From the IMG/VR virus record IMGVR_UViG_3300049794_000047: a stretch of 64,000 nt of DNA; one strand, written 5' to 3'. Origin of the DNA: a virus (taxonomy: Duplodnaviria > Caudoviricetes). Below are positions 43,796 to 53,023 of this stretch, piece by piece. Each line of letters starts with the position of its first letter. Position 1 is the stretch's first letter. Made by a program: the position numbers and the translations under genes. The notes under the pieces were generated by a model, which worked only from the letters and a program-made list of their open reading frames with translations, searched no databases and was not told the DNA's origin.

Positions 43796-44375
43796 CGCTG
43801 CCCGCTGGGGAGATCGAGAATCCGACCTTCCTCTTATCCCTCAGGAAGATTTGAACCGAGCGTGCCATGTAGGCTGCCGTGAGCGCAATGAAGGGCAGGA
43901 ACTCGCCGTCCTCACACGTTGCTGCACCCGCGCCGACTTCACTATCAATCACGAACGCGTCATCCCACACGACTCTACCGAAGGCACCACCTGGAGCGAG
44001 TGCCCCGTGAATGCAAGGCACGTTGTGCTTTCGCACGTAATCCTGCACGAGCTTCCGAGAAGCTCCATTATCGAGACAATCGACAATGAGCGTCGCGCCC
44101 TTCAACAGGACGTCGATGTTCTCGGCGACAAGCTTGTTGTTGATCACAGAGAGCGGACGCTTGAACAGAAAGTCCATCGTCTGCTGGAGAGCTGCGACCT
44201 TCTTCTTGCCAACACCAGGCTTGCCATGAAACTGCGACAGCACGTTCTTTTGCTCGACGACGTCAAAGTCAATGATCTTTATAGCTGCTTTCTCGTTGCG
44301 GAGAAATTGAACAAGATGACTTCCGAGTGCACCGGCACCAATAATACAAACGAGTGAATGTTGGTTCATTTTCAT
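43785..44375 (-). CDS. ThiF/MoeB/E1-like adenylating enzyme
   Basis: CIIGAGALGS, IDFDVVEQKNVLSQ, GKKKV, VDCLDN..SR; candidate catalytic Cys in ATCED. Confidence 0.9.
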   Translation of the reverse strand: MKMNQHSLVCIIGAGALGSHLVQFLRNEKAAIKIIDFDVVEQKNVLSQFHGKPGVGKKKVAALQQTMDFLFKRPLSVINNKLVAENIDVLLKGATLIVDCLDNGASRKLVQDYVRKHNVPCIHGALAPGGAFGRVVWDDAFVIDSEVGAGAATCEDGEFLPFIALTAAYMARSVQIFLRDKRKVGFSISPAGSVAI

Positions 44376-44377
44376 CC

Positions 44378-45535
44378 TCACGGCCAACGACCTTGAAACG
44401 GCCGGACATGTTTTAGTTTGTACAAACAACATTGCGGCAGGCGTGGACGGATTGCTTGCGCAAGTTTGTAGGCATCGGTAAGACGGCAAACGCCGATCGC
44501 AAACCTTTCTGGTGTTCTACGTTGCAAAGTGGAAGTGATGCCCATGTCTTTCGCTAGCCGTTCAATAAGAAATTCTACACACTCCTTAGCGAAACCATCC
44601 GTGCAAAAACTCAGCTGCCCCGTTTTACTATACGTGCCGTCCCCACAAAACCAGTCAGCGACAATCTCTGGTGTTAGACGTAAGTCCTTTGGTACACGCT
44701 TCGGGCCGACGCGCGGATACCACCGCGCCCGTTCCTCTTTCAGCTCGTGATAATTCAGACTCTCTAATTGAAACGACCGCCCGCCGTTAATTTTACGCCC
44801 GTCAATGGTGCACGGGCGCTTGGACAAGCACCTCTCATACAGTCTGATTTGCCAACCTTCAGCGAGAAGACGTTTTGCTATGTGGCGCAGCCATCCCACA
44901 CGCTTTACGGCTTGCCCGATTCGCAGCGAGGGGGATCTTCCGGCACGCCGCGACTGAGACAAACTTCCATCGCCGAGCAGAAGTCCCGCAATGATATTGC
45001 AAGCGGTTGAAGTCAACTCCAGATGACGAACAACAGCTCTAGGCTTTCGCCCATGTTCCGCAAGGTAGCACTCAACAGTGCCATTATCACAACAATAGTT
45101 CTTCGCAATAACGTTGACTGAAGCACCGCGATCAAATCTGCGCAGTATATCCTGTACTGGCAACTTGACACGAGGCCTTGGTCTGGGCGCGGCTGTAAGA
45201 ACGATTGAAAGGATGTTCGCCCTTTTACGCACTGCGTGAATTGAGCGCTCCATTCTTGAAGCAATTTCGGAAGCCCCCAGGCACTGCTTTGCCAAGAGAT
45301 CCAGCTTGCGTTCTTCCTCAATTGTCCATGTATGACTTGATGGCGCGTCAGCACTGCGAATCGGGATCCCGAGCTTCTTGGCTCGTAGATAAACCGCTGC
45401 CCTAGAGCGTCCCAACAAATCAGCAATCTGCTGCCCGCTTTGTTTACGCTCAGCGGCCTGCTTCAACTGCCGATCGTCTATGGACCACCATGCTGCTCTC
45501 ACCTGGGGGTATTTACAACATAGATTAAACAACAT
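44378..45535 (-). CDS. LAGLIDADG homing endonuclease with N-terminal Myb/HTH-like repeats
   Basis: IIAGLLLGDGSL and LTPEIVADWFCGDG; WSIDD/WTIEEE repeats. Start uncertain. Confidence 0.8.
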   Translation of the reverse strand: MLFNLCCKYPQVRAAWWSIDDRQLKQAAERKQSGQQIADLLGRSRAAVYLRAKKLGIPIRSADAPSSHTWTIEEERKLDLLAKQCLGASEIASRMERSIHAVRKRANILSIVLTAAPRPRPRVKLPVQDILRRFDRGASVNVIAKNYCCDNGTVECYLAEHGRKPRAVVRHLELTSTACNIIAGLLLGDGSLSQSRRAGRSPSLRIGQAVKRVGWLRHIAKRLLAEGWQIRLYERCLSKRPCTIDGRKINGGRSFQLESLNYHELKEERARWYPRVGPKRVPKDLRLTPEIVADWFCGDGTYSKTGQLSFCTDGFAKECVEFLIERLAKDMGITSTLQRRTPERFAIGVCRLTDAYKLAQAIRPRLPQCCLYKLKHVRPFQGRWP

Positions 45536-45809
45536 CAACGCCAAAAGGCGTCTTCGGTCGTACAACCAGCAAGTTATGCGGACGTGCCCCGGTCGCAGCA
45601 AAACGATCAATAACAAAATCCGAAAAGTCAGCGTTCGGAGCCGCCGCAATCCCAGGGATGCCGCCAGTACGCACGGCCTCCGTAACCCATGCCCTGATGT
45701 CACCGTCTGTCGCCTGGAACATAACGGGGTCCGGGAGGTCGCCGTTCGATCCCGAAAACGTAACGTTGATCCGCGCCTCAGTGTCCTTGATAGCATTCAT
45801 ATCATTCAT
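45525..45809 (-). CDS. Putative ubiquitin-like (beta-grasp) protein ending RPKTPFG-VDVV
   Basis: 94 aa; lies between JAB and E1; beta-helix-beta pattern with a near-terminal Gly. The fold is inferred from context. Confidence 0.6.
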   Translation of the reverse strand: MNDMNAIKDTEARINVTFSGSNGDLPDPVMFQATDGDIRAWVTEAVRTGGIPGIAAAPNADFSDFVIDRFAATGARPHNLLVVRPKTPFGVDVV

Positions 45810-45821
45810 TGCCCTTGATCC

Positions 45822-46202
45822 TTATCCTTGCTGAGAGAGGCGTCGCAGTTCATCTGCCCACGAAGGTTCCTCATCAACAATCGTGGCAGCATACGTTAGC
45901 TTGTCCGGGCCCCTCCATTCCAACCTGACCACGTCAGTGTCGCTCGTGATCCACCAGTAGATACGCGTTCCAAGAGCCGCTTCGATCGCGGCAAATGTGG
46001 TGACATCGGTGTAGGATGGCTCAGGGACGCCGCTTCCTGGATGACTGTGCGCAACACCGAGCAGCGTATCCTCCTTGAACGCGTCCCAAAGAACCTGCCA
46101 CAAGGTTCGGCTATCCGGGATGCTCCCTGACGTGCGCCCCTCGGGGAGATGCCAGAACAGAGGGTTCCCGTTCCTGTCAACCGCCACACCGGCCTCGATC
46201 AC
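45822..46202 (-). CDS. JAB/MPN (JAMM) metalloprotease
   Basis: N-terminal Glu (IEAG) and HSHP...PS..D motif. Confidence 0.85.
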   Translation of the reverse strand: MIEAGVAVDRNGNPLFWHLPEGRTSGSIPDSRTLWQVLWDAFKEDTLLGVAHSHPGSGVPEPSYTDVTTFAAIEAALGTRIYWWITSDTDVVRLEWRGPDKLTYAATIVDEEPSWADELRRLSQQG

Positions 46203-46804
46203 GGGGCTCCCCCGATCTCTCGCAGCTGCCGATCACGCATGACCCTGAGCCGGTCGAGATCGAAACCCGAGATACGCACGATAAAGAGGCGACGATTGCC
46301 GGGCAGATCGTTAAGCTCGTAAAGGTAGTCCGCCTCGCTGGTCGTCCCAACGATCACGAACTGCCGCGTTTTCCGCGTGACTTCACGGGCGAAGGCCCTG
46401 CGGCTGGTGTCATGTGTCCGCGCCAAGCTCGCCTTGAGTGCCGCAACCTCCATAGCCATCAACTCACACGCTTCTACAATCCACTTGTCCAGGGTAGCCT
46501 CCATCAACCTCCGTTCATCGAGCGGAAAGTCATCGGTGTACCAGTCATCCTTGATCGCGAGCAAACGCAGCGCGCTCGACTTGCCGCAGCCCTGCGGACC
46601 CCCAATGACCAGCACAGGCCCCAACTGACAGCCGGGCCTGCGTGCACGCCGGACCGCCCCAATGGGCATCATGCGCGACGCGGCCCGAACGCGTGGGGAG
46701 TCCTCGGCGCCCGCACAATCAATGAGCCAGCGGTCGAGACGGGGCGTACCATCCCATACAAGGGAGCCGAGATAGCGCGTCACACTCTTATCAGAGGTGT
46801 TCAT
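46199..46804 (-). CDS. VirE/VapE-like P-loop NTPase fragment
   Basis: WDGTPRLDRWL, GPQGCGKSS, RQFVIVGTT and GNRR; only 201 aa. Confidence 0.7.
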   Translation of the reverse strand: MNTSDKSVTRYLGSLVWDGTPRLDRWLIDCAGAEDSPRVRAASRMMPIGAVRRARRPGCQLGPVLVIGGPQGCGKSSALRLLAIKDDWYTDDFPLDERRLMEATLDKWIVEACELMAMEVAALKASLARTHDTSRRAFAREVTRKTRQFVIVGTTSEADYLYELNDLPGNRRLFIVRISGFDLDRLRVMRDRQLREIGGAP

Positions 46805-46839
46805 GCAGACAGCCTTTCTTCATCAGACAAAGCCAGGGG

Positions 46840-47421
46840 CTAGGGCATGTAATGCCGATACGTGAGCGAGACGCGCACGAACATTGGCTTGTCGCCCCGC
46901 GGAATGCGGTGCTCATGCGTGCGCTGCATGCCCGCCGGCATCACGAAGATGGAGCCGTGCTCGAGGAGCTGCCGCTGATCGGCCGGAATAATGCCGGTCT
47001 GGCCCCTCTCACGCCACCAGATCTCACGGGGCTGCCCGAACGACACGACAGCGATGGGGTGCTCGTGGTCCATCCCTGGCGAATCGTCACTGTGCCATCC
47101 CAGCTGCATCGACGCATTGTCGTAACGGTTGAGGAAGCAAACGTTGTACGTGAACACGTCCCTCATCGCCCCATCTAACCCACCGATGTCGTCACGGTTA
47201 AGCTGGTGCTGGATGTCAAGAACGAGAGACGAATAGGGGACGGGAGTGTACGTCCGCACACCCCGGCCTTCACCGTACGTATACGTCCCCGTGGCAGCCG
47301 ACATGAAGCACTCCAGGCGTGCGTCCGTTACCTGAATCCACGGTGTGCTGTGGAGGACATCATCGAGAGCGGTGTCTCGAAAGCCGGAGCGAAAATAGTA
47401 GGGCTTCATGGCAGAGCTCAC
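46840..47421 (-). CDS. AlkB-family 2OG-Fe(II) dioxygenase
   Basis: FLNRY, WHSDD (HxD), HGSIFVM, HEH and RVSLTYR. Confidence 0.9.
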   Translation of the reverse strand: MSSAMKPYYFRSGFRDTALDDVLHSTPWIQVTDARLECFMSAATGTYTYGEGRGVRTYTPVPYSSLVLDIQHQLNRDDIGGLDGAMRDVFTYNVCFLNRYDNASMQLGWHSDDSPGMDHEHPIAVVSFGQPREIWWRERGQTGIIPADQRQLLEHGSIFVMPAGMQRTHEHRIPRGDKPMFVRVSLTYRHYMP

Positions 47422-48365
47422 ACATGACGAAAGATGACCAGCTTGTGCTCACGCTGTGCCTGCAGCACGACACCGGGGATGGACTCGAGCGTAAAAAACA
47501 TGTCGCCCTTCTCGCCGGTGTCGTGATCAGTAAGACAGATACCTGCATCAATGAGGCGCAGGCGCTCATCGCAGACACACTCGAACTTCTGCCGATCGAG
47601 GCGGTACCGGACCGCCCACTCGTTGTGCCGCAGCTTCTTCGCGTCAAGAAAGACCGCGCCGCCCACCGCGAGGGCCGCACGCGCGGCAGCATCGAAGTCG
47701 TGCAGCGCCATCTCTCGCCGTCCCTCACCGTCCCCAAGCTTCCTCACCAGCTCCTTACGGCGCTCTTCCTTCTGACGCTTTTCCTCCTCCTCGCGACGCA
47801 GGCGTTCCAGTTCAACGCGACGGCGCTCGGCCCCGCTACGCTGCCAGCTCTCCATGCGGAAGGCTGCGTCAAGCGCAGGCGACACGCCCTTGATGGGGGT
47901 GATAGACGTTTTTTGATCGAGGAATGCCTCGAGTACCTGGTCCTCCTGCCCGAGCGGCATCTCCAGCCCCCGATAGACCAGGGGCCCCTCCTTGTTGACA
48001 CGCCCCGCGCACACACGCGCGAAGCGATCCAGCCCCTCATCGAGCAGAAAGACCTTCTCGGAGAATTTCGCGATGCGCTTCGGATCAGGATCGATGTAAA
48101 TGTCGTCTGCGACGAGACGATCACCGACGAGGTAACCTCGCACAGCGTACTGGAGCAGATCAGGCTGAGCGCTCGCTGGACCCCCTACACAGGCTTGCCG
48201 GTTGGAAACCGTGAACGTGTGCCACCCGTATTCCTTCGGAAGGCACCCCTCGATGGACCAGCGCTGCTGGGCAGAGTAGAGTGTCCTGCCGCCGAGCCAT
48301 GGAAGGGTCACCGTCTCATCGCCCGTTTGAAGTAAGTTGCGCCAGCCCATGTTTGTCTCGTTCAC
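47418..48365 (-). CDS. Hypothetical protein with a coiled coil and a C-terminal DAGICL Cys motif (candidate E2-like)
   Basis: In the operon with TROVE, JAB, Ubl and E1; LIDAGICL resembles the E2 G-x-I-C-L active-site segment (inference). Confidence 0.55.
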   Translation of the reverse strand: MNETNMGWRNLLQTGDETVTLPWLGGRTLYSAQQRWSIEGCLPKEYGWHTFTVSNRQACVGGPASAQPDLLQYAVRGYLVGDRLVADDIYIDPDPKRIAKFSEKVFLLDEGLDRFARVCAGRVNKEGPLVYRGLEMPLGQEDQVLEAFLDQKTSITPIKGVSPALDAAFRMESWQRSGAERRRVELERLRREEEEKRQKEERRKELVRKLGDGEGRREMALHDFDAAARAALAVGGAVFLDAKKLRHNEWAVRYRLDRQKFECVCDERLRLIDAGICLTDHDTGEKGDMFFTLESIPGVVLQAQREHKLVIFRHV

Positions 48366-48435
48366 AGCTGTGACAATCGTTGGGGGTGTTTGATGATCAT
48401 CGTGAGGTGCCCCCGTTGGGTTGAGTTTGCCGTTA

Positions 48436-50331
48436 TCAGGGTTGGGTTTGATAAGTTGTTCTAGACGAATAGCAATAAGCAGGCTTCTTGAGCAGATCCG
48501 TCTTGAGAATTGTGTCCACGAGCGTCACACGCGGCGTCGCCGCCACGCGAGCCCCCACACCGACCGGCGTCGCCGCTACGAGAGCGCGAAGGGTCCGCGG
48601 GATCGCGTAGACGTCGTCGAACGTATTCTCCTGGATGCGGAAGCACGGGATGCCGAGCGCTGCCGCTGTCTGATCGATCGCGCCGAAATTCTCACCGGGC
48701 AACATGAGGAAGCCAAAAGCCATGGGGCGCAACTTGGACTGGATCACGTAGGCTTCGAATGTTTTCCGCTCGCCGCCGTCACCGACGAAGATGAACAGCG
48801 AGTCCTCGTCATCCTTGGGCTGAAACTTCGCCAGCGCGAGGACGCCCGCGCCATGAGCCGTACCTCCATCCGCCGAGATGCCCTTGAAGGCGTTCACGAC
48901 ACCCACCGCAGAGGCGTGCTTGATCTCGACCACGCGCCCCGCCGTGTTGAACACGGCGACGTGTGTGCGGTCCGGAGGAAAACCCTGGAGGAACTTACCG
49001 AGGAGCATCTTCGCCTTCTCGATGGACTGCCCCATCGAGCCCGAGATGTCGATGATGACGTAGATCCGTAGGTTCTTCGTCACCTGCTCGACGGCCTTCT
49101 GAAGCGCCGTGTCCGCCGCAGCCTGGAGCTGCTCCTGCACGTCCTTGGACTTCACGTTGCGCGCGATATGCGACGCGCGCATGTCGTCCTCGGCCTTCTT
49201 GAGGGCGCGATCCCACTTCGCCTTGACCTCCTTGACCTCCAGGAGTCCCAGCTCCTCGAGCGTGGGTGTGAGGATGATAAGATCCTTGTTGGACAGGGAG
49301 CCGGACTCGACAGCGGCACTCATGATGGCCCGCGTGACGCCGAGCTTCTTCGGCAGGAGCCCGACAATGCGCTTCCAGTCCGGCTTCTCTGCGCAGATCT
49401 TCTCGCAGATCTGCGCCTCGGTCAGCTCATCCCAGGTCTCACCCCTGGCCATCGCGACACCGATGAGAATCGAGCGCCGACCGTCCTTGGCCTGGTCCTG
49501 AGCCCAGCCGAGGGCCTCGAAGAACCTCGGAGTCTCGGGCTTGTAGCCAACCACCCGCGCGAGGTCCTTCACGGTGTTCTTGAAGCCGGCCTTGATGAGG
49601 CCGTCGAGCATCTTGGGGTTTCCCTCACGAAACTGGAGCCACTTCTCGACCGCCTTCGACCAGCGGCCGAGAAACGGGCGCCGGGCAGAGTTGCCGAAGC
49701 CAAGCTCGCGGTTGATGATCGCTACGCCGGGCAACTTCAAGAGGTCGTGAACCCGAAGCAGGAGCTTCGGGTTTAGATCCTTGCCGTCTCGACGATGGAT
49801 GAGCACCATCGCCTCGCCAATGTCGCGAAAGTCCTCGTCGTAGAACGCGATCTTGCCGCCGTCCAGGACGGGGTCGCCCTTCCGGGTCTGAACGAGCATG
49901 AACGCGGCGAGCACGACCTTCAGGTCACGATGTTCCTGCGCGAACGCGTAGGAAGCCCAGCGGGCCGCGAACTCGTTGTCCATCTTCCAGACCTCGGAGA
50001 CCTGGCGATACATCCAGGCGGCAACCTCGGGGAAGAGCCCGGGCGCGCGGTACTCTCCAACGACCTTGCCGTTCTCCTCGACTCTCTTGTCGGGCCTCAT
50101 CACACCCCGACGGATCTTGTTCGTTTTCTTGCCGACCCTCGTCAGCTCGTAAACCACCTTCTGACCGTTCTCCTCCTTGTGGGTCACGGGTACCCAGCGC
50201 ACGCCCCCCGTATGCCGGGCGTCTGGGGCCGCCATGCCCGGTCGGTTGTGCACCATGTGGTCGGTCAGGTTCAGGAGCGTCTGGAGGATCTTCTCCGCAG
50301 GCCCCAACTTTTCCGCGGCTGCTATCGTCAT
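48436..50331 (-). CDS. Ro60/TROVE-like protein with a C-terminal vWA domain
   Basis: DNEFAARWASYA, VKDLARVVGYKP and ETWDEL resemble TROVE motifs; vWA MIDAS DISGSM, GGT, GDG; GAGG RBS before ATG 50331. Confidence 0.75.
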   Translation of the reverse strand: MTIAAAEKLGPAEKILQTLLNLTDHMVHNRPGMAAPDARHTGGVRWVPVTHKEENGQKVVYELTRVGKKTNKIRRGVMRPDKRVEENGKVVGEYRAPGLFPEVAAWMYRQVSEVWKMDNEFAARWASYAFAQEHRDLKVVLAAFMLVQTRKGDPVLDGGKIAFYDEDFRDIGEAMVLIHRRDGKDLNPKLLLRVHDLLKLPGVAIINRELGFGNSARRPFLGRWSKAVEKWLQFREGNPKMLDGLIKAGFKNTVKDLARVVGYKPETPRFFEALGWAQDQAKDGRRSILIGVAMARGETWDELTEAQICEKICAEKPDWKRIVGLLPKKLGVTRAIMSAAVESGSLSNKDLIILTPTLEELGLLEVKEVKAKWDRALKKAEDDMRASHIARNVKSKDVQEQLQAAADTALQKAVEQVTKNLRIYVIIDISGSMGQSIEKAKMLLGKFLQGFPPDRTHVAVFNTAGRVVEIKHASAVGVVNAFKGISADGGTAHGAGVLALAKFQPKDDEDSLFIFVGDGGERKTFEAYVIQSKLRPMAFGFLMLPGENFGAIDQTAAALGIPCFRIQENTFDDVYAIPRTLRALVAATPVGVGARVAATPRVTLVDTILKTDLLKKPAYCYSSRTTYQTQP

Positions 50332-50377
50332 CGTGGTCCTCTTGTAGCAAGCGAGCGCCCGACCTTGCGGGCTAGCG

Positions 50378-50471
50378 TTTGTATATCCATTCGCAAGCGA
50401 CGTCAATCCCCGCGTGAACCGCCGGCGCCACCAGGACGGTTGACAAGCGCCGCGTCCAGACGCTATACAAT
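50378..50471. promoter_or_regulatory. Divergent sigma70-like promoters
   Basis: Minus strand TTGACG-17-TACAAA (50406-50378); plus strand TTGACA 50440 with TATACAAT at 50464. Confidence 0.5.
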
Positions 50472-50483
50472 CGTGATCACGAC

Positions 50484-50651
50484 ATGGCTGCGAAGACGCC
50501 AGGCCAGCGCAAGACCAAGGGGATCCTCATCCGCGTCACGGAGGCGCAGAAGCGGAGCCTCGCCAAGACCGCCAAGAGAGCAGGCCTGGGCCTCAGCTCA
50601 TGGATGTTAAGCGTTGCGCTGCATGCAGCTCAGAAGATGAAGGGCGCGTAG
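50484..50651 (+). CDS. 55-aa ribbon-helix-helix-like regulator (not in the ORF track)
   Basis: MAAKTPGQRKTKGILIRVTEAQKRSLAKTAKRAGLGLSSWMLSVALHAAQKMKGA. Confidence 0.7.
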   Translation: MAAKTPGQRKTKGILIRVTEAQKRSLAKTAKRAGLGLSSWMLSVALHAAQKMKGA

Positions 50652-50890
50652 GTCGTGCAACACACAAAGGAGCGAAAGTATGCACGAAATCAAACTCGAG
50701 GGTGATCATGTCTTACTGCCCGCAATTACCGGAACTGGCCGCGATCCAAATCGCACATGCGTCACCTGTAAGGGCAGAAGCTTCCAGATTAAATCCGACG
50801 GTCCTAATCAAGCATGGCTCAAGTGCCTGGAGTGTGGCGAGCGGCAAACCCAAGCTTGACGCGTGGGCAGTACGTCTTGTTCCAAACAAC

Positions 50891-51544
50891 TCATCCATGC
50901 CCACGTCCACCCGCAGATCCAACAGTTCGGCTCGGCTTTCCAGGTCTTCTACCCCGGGGTTGCGCTTCTGCACGATAGGGCCGAAGCGCCGCGGTCACGA
51001 GACGAAGATCAGTCGACGTGGGGCGCTTACGTGCCAGCTCCTTACGAAACTCAATCTCGCGCTTGCAGGCGATGTCATGCGCCTCGTCATAGTCGATGCC
51101 GCCGTAAAGCACGAGGTTTAGCTCGACGATCTCGTGGAAAATAGTGGCGATGCGATCTAGCGTGTGCATAGCATCGTCGATCCAGATTTCGCCCACCGGC
51201 ACATAACCCGGATACGCAGCTGAGTTACCGCCCTGTGTGAAGTCAATGTCTATCTGGTTGCGGACCTGCTCACCGGACACCAGATAAACGGAAAGTCCGG
51301 TAACGTACCCCAGGCGACGAAGGCGCGGAGGATCGAGCGCGAGAGTTGCTGCGATCTCACGATCCAGCTGGCGAGGACTCCGAGGTGCACGCAGGTCCTG
51401 CGCGTGAAGGTGCCTGCTTCTAGGGGCTGGACTTTATTAACTTGGTCATTTCGGTCAATTTCTCGACGACAAGAGCAGCGAAACGACCAGGTTATTTCGT
51501 TCCAGCCCCCTAGGCTGCTGGTCCTCGCGGCGCGTCTTCGGCAT
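50891..51544 (-). pseudogene. HExxE zincin-like protein interrupted by MITE copy 3
   Basis: Removing the element and one CTA gives an uninterrupted 187-aa ORF MPKTRREDQQPRSRHLH...IFHEIVE. Confidence 0.7.
51423..51509. mobile_element. MITE family 1, copy 3 (87 bp, CTA duplication)
   Basis: Same TIRs, divergent centre. Confidence 0.9.
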
Positions 51545-51781
51545 CTACGAGGAAAACTACCACCAAATGTTGTCAAAAAGGAGCCGGGTTCCAATGCAGC
51601 TTAGAAGGCTTAGTGCTCCTGGATGAACAAGAACTCGGTGACCAATTCCGGTTGAATTTCAGCGTCTTGCCGTTAGACGACCCCTGATCGATCATCAATC
51701 CTCGATCATCAATGCGCCTCTACTTGGGGTCGAGCCGAGCCCGCGCATACCAGGCAAGCGTGCCGAGCCGCGGGCACCTTA

Positions 51782-51957
51782 GGGGCTGGAACGAAATAAC
51801 CTGGTCATTTCGGGTGAATCTTCGTCGGAAAATCGGTCAAATGGCCAAGTTAATAAAGTCCAGCCCCTTAGGGGCTGGACTTCATTAACTTGGCCATTTC
51901 GGTCCCTTCCTCGTCGAGAACTTCCTCCAAATGTTCACGTTATTTCGTTCCAGCCCC
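51782..51957. mobile_element. MITE family 1, copies 4 and 5 in tandem, opposite orientations (51782-51867, 51871-51957)
   Basis: TTA before, between and after the two copies. Confidence 0.9.
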
Positions 51958-52058
51958 TTAGCGACAGTTACGTGAAGAAAATGGGGGTTGAACCCGCACA
52001 GCTCCGCTTGTCAGAGCCCTCGCTTGGCAGCCACTGCATTGAGATCTACAGACAGTTG

Positions 52059-52130
52059 TACTCTCGACGGGAATCGAACCCGCATACGCGACGTGAAAGG
52101 CCGCGGTCCTGACCGTTAGACGACGAGAGC
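52059..52130 (-). tRNA. tRNA-Glu(TTC)
   Basis: GCGGC CT-TTC-AC GTCGC. Confidence 0.85.
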
Positions 52131-52136
52131 GTAGAG

Positions 52137-52204
52137 TGCCTCCGGCTGGACTCGAACTAGCTCACCGAATTTCGGAAACTCGGGTCACGTCCACGTACGG
52201 AGGC
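52137..52204 (-). tRNA. tRNA-Arg(CCG) with a reduced D arm
   Basis: Loop TT-CCG-AA; D region ACGT-GG-ACGT. Confidence 0.65.
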
Positions 52205-52317
52205 GTGAGGAGGCAAGTTGGAAAATGTTGCTGGCACGGGCAAGACGAAAAAATCAACAGTGCCACCGTCGATAGGTAGCGGTGCCTTCGGAGGGACTTG
52301 CACCCCCAACCTACGAG

Positions 52318-52781
52318 TCAGCGTTGCTTCCTGTGCGACCTCGAAGGCATGAACATGATCCACCAGCGCCCTCTACGGGCAGTGCGTCTCCGGTGGCAGC
52401 AGGCACAAACAACTTCGCATTTTGAGATTTCTGTCATAAGCCTGTTCCAGTTCCATCCGCGATTCACAAGTTCAGAAACATCCGCAAACTTTTTCCTCGT
52501 ACGTGATCAAACTCCAGCACGACCACATCCGTTTCTTTGCAGTCGGTACAAGGGTTGCTGAGTAAATAATCGTAAAGATGCTCTCTTGTCTTCTTTCTTT
52601 GTCCCGTTATGCGGCCGGAAGCCCGTTGTATTTCGTGCCTTCGATTTTCTTTGTAGTACCGCTTCCAATAAGTTTTCATACAGTCGCGGCACCACCAGTG
52701 GTGACCATCAACACTCGCGGAGGCTTTGTGGAAATCGTTAAGTCTCTTGACCTTTTGGCATTTTCCACAGACTTTTTGCAC
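52318..52781 (-). pseudogene. HNH endonuclease, frameshifted near 52490
   Basis: CGKC/CRDC, PCTDC..LEFDHVRG, then in another frame KCEVVCACCHRRRT. Confidence 0.7.
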
Positions 52782-52815
52782 GTCATAACTTACCGTGGCT
52801 ATCTGACACTCGAGA

Positions 52816-53023
52816 TCGTCGGTAGCTCGCCGAGGATTCGAACCTCGCCCCAACGCGACGGCAAGCATGCAGTGATCGCCAACGTCTATACCGCGCAGGC
52901 ACGCAGGCGCGAGGGGGCGCCGCGCTCCTCGCAAGAGCCCGCCACGACTTCCAGACGGTCGAGCACGCAGGGGAGGAGCACCTCTCAGCAGCAGCCCGCG
53001 CCTGGCGCGAGAAGCTTGGCTAG
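52816..53023 (+). pseudogene. Degenerate duplicate of 54039-54489 (tRNA 3' half plus GNAT fragment)
   Basis: gatcgtcggtagctcgccgaggattcgaacctcgcc is identical in both; RDGKHAVIANVYTAQARRREG. Confidence 0.7.

Noticed and set aside
44378-45535. Intein or group I intron
   Set aside because: No N-terminal Cys/Ser with C-terminal HN in frame with a host gene, no room for an intron core, and the flanking genes are complete.
43785-45809. ThiF/ThiS thiamine or molybdopterin sulfur relay
   Set aside because: No GG-ending carrier, no thiG/moaE/cysteine desulfurase in the window, and the E1 lacks the CxxC zinc motifs. Not fully excluded.
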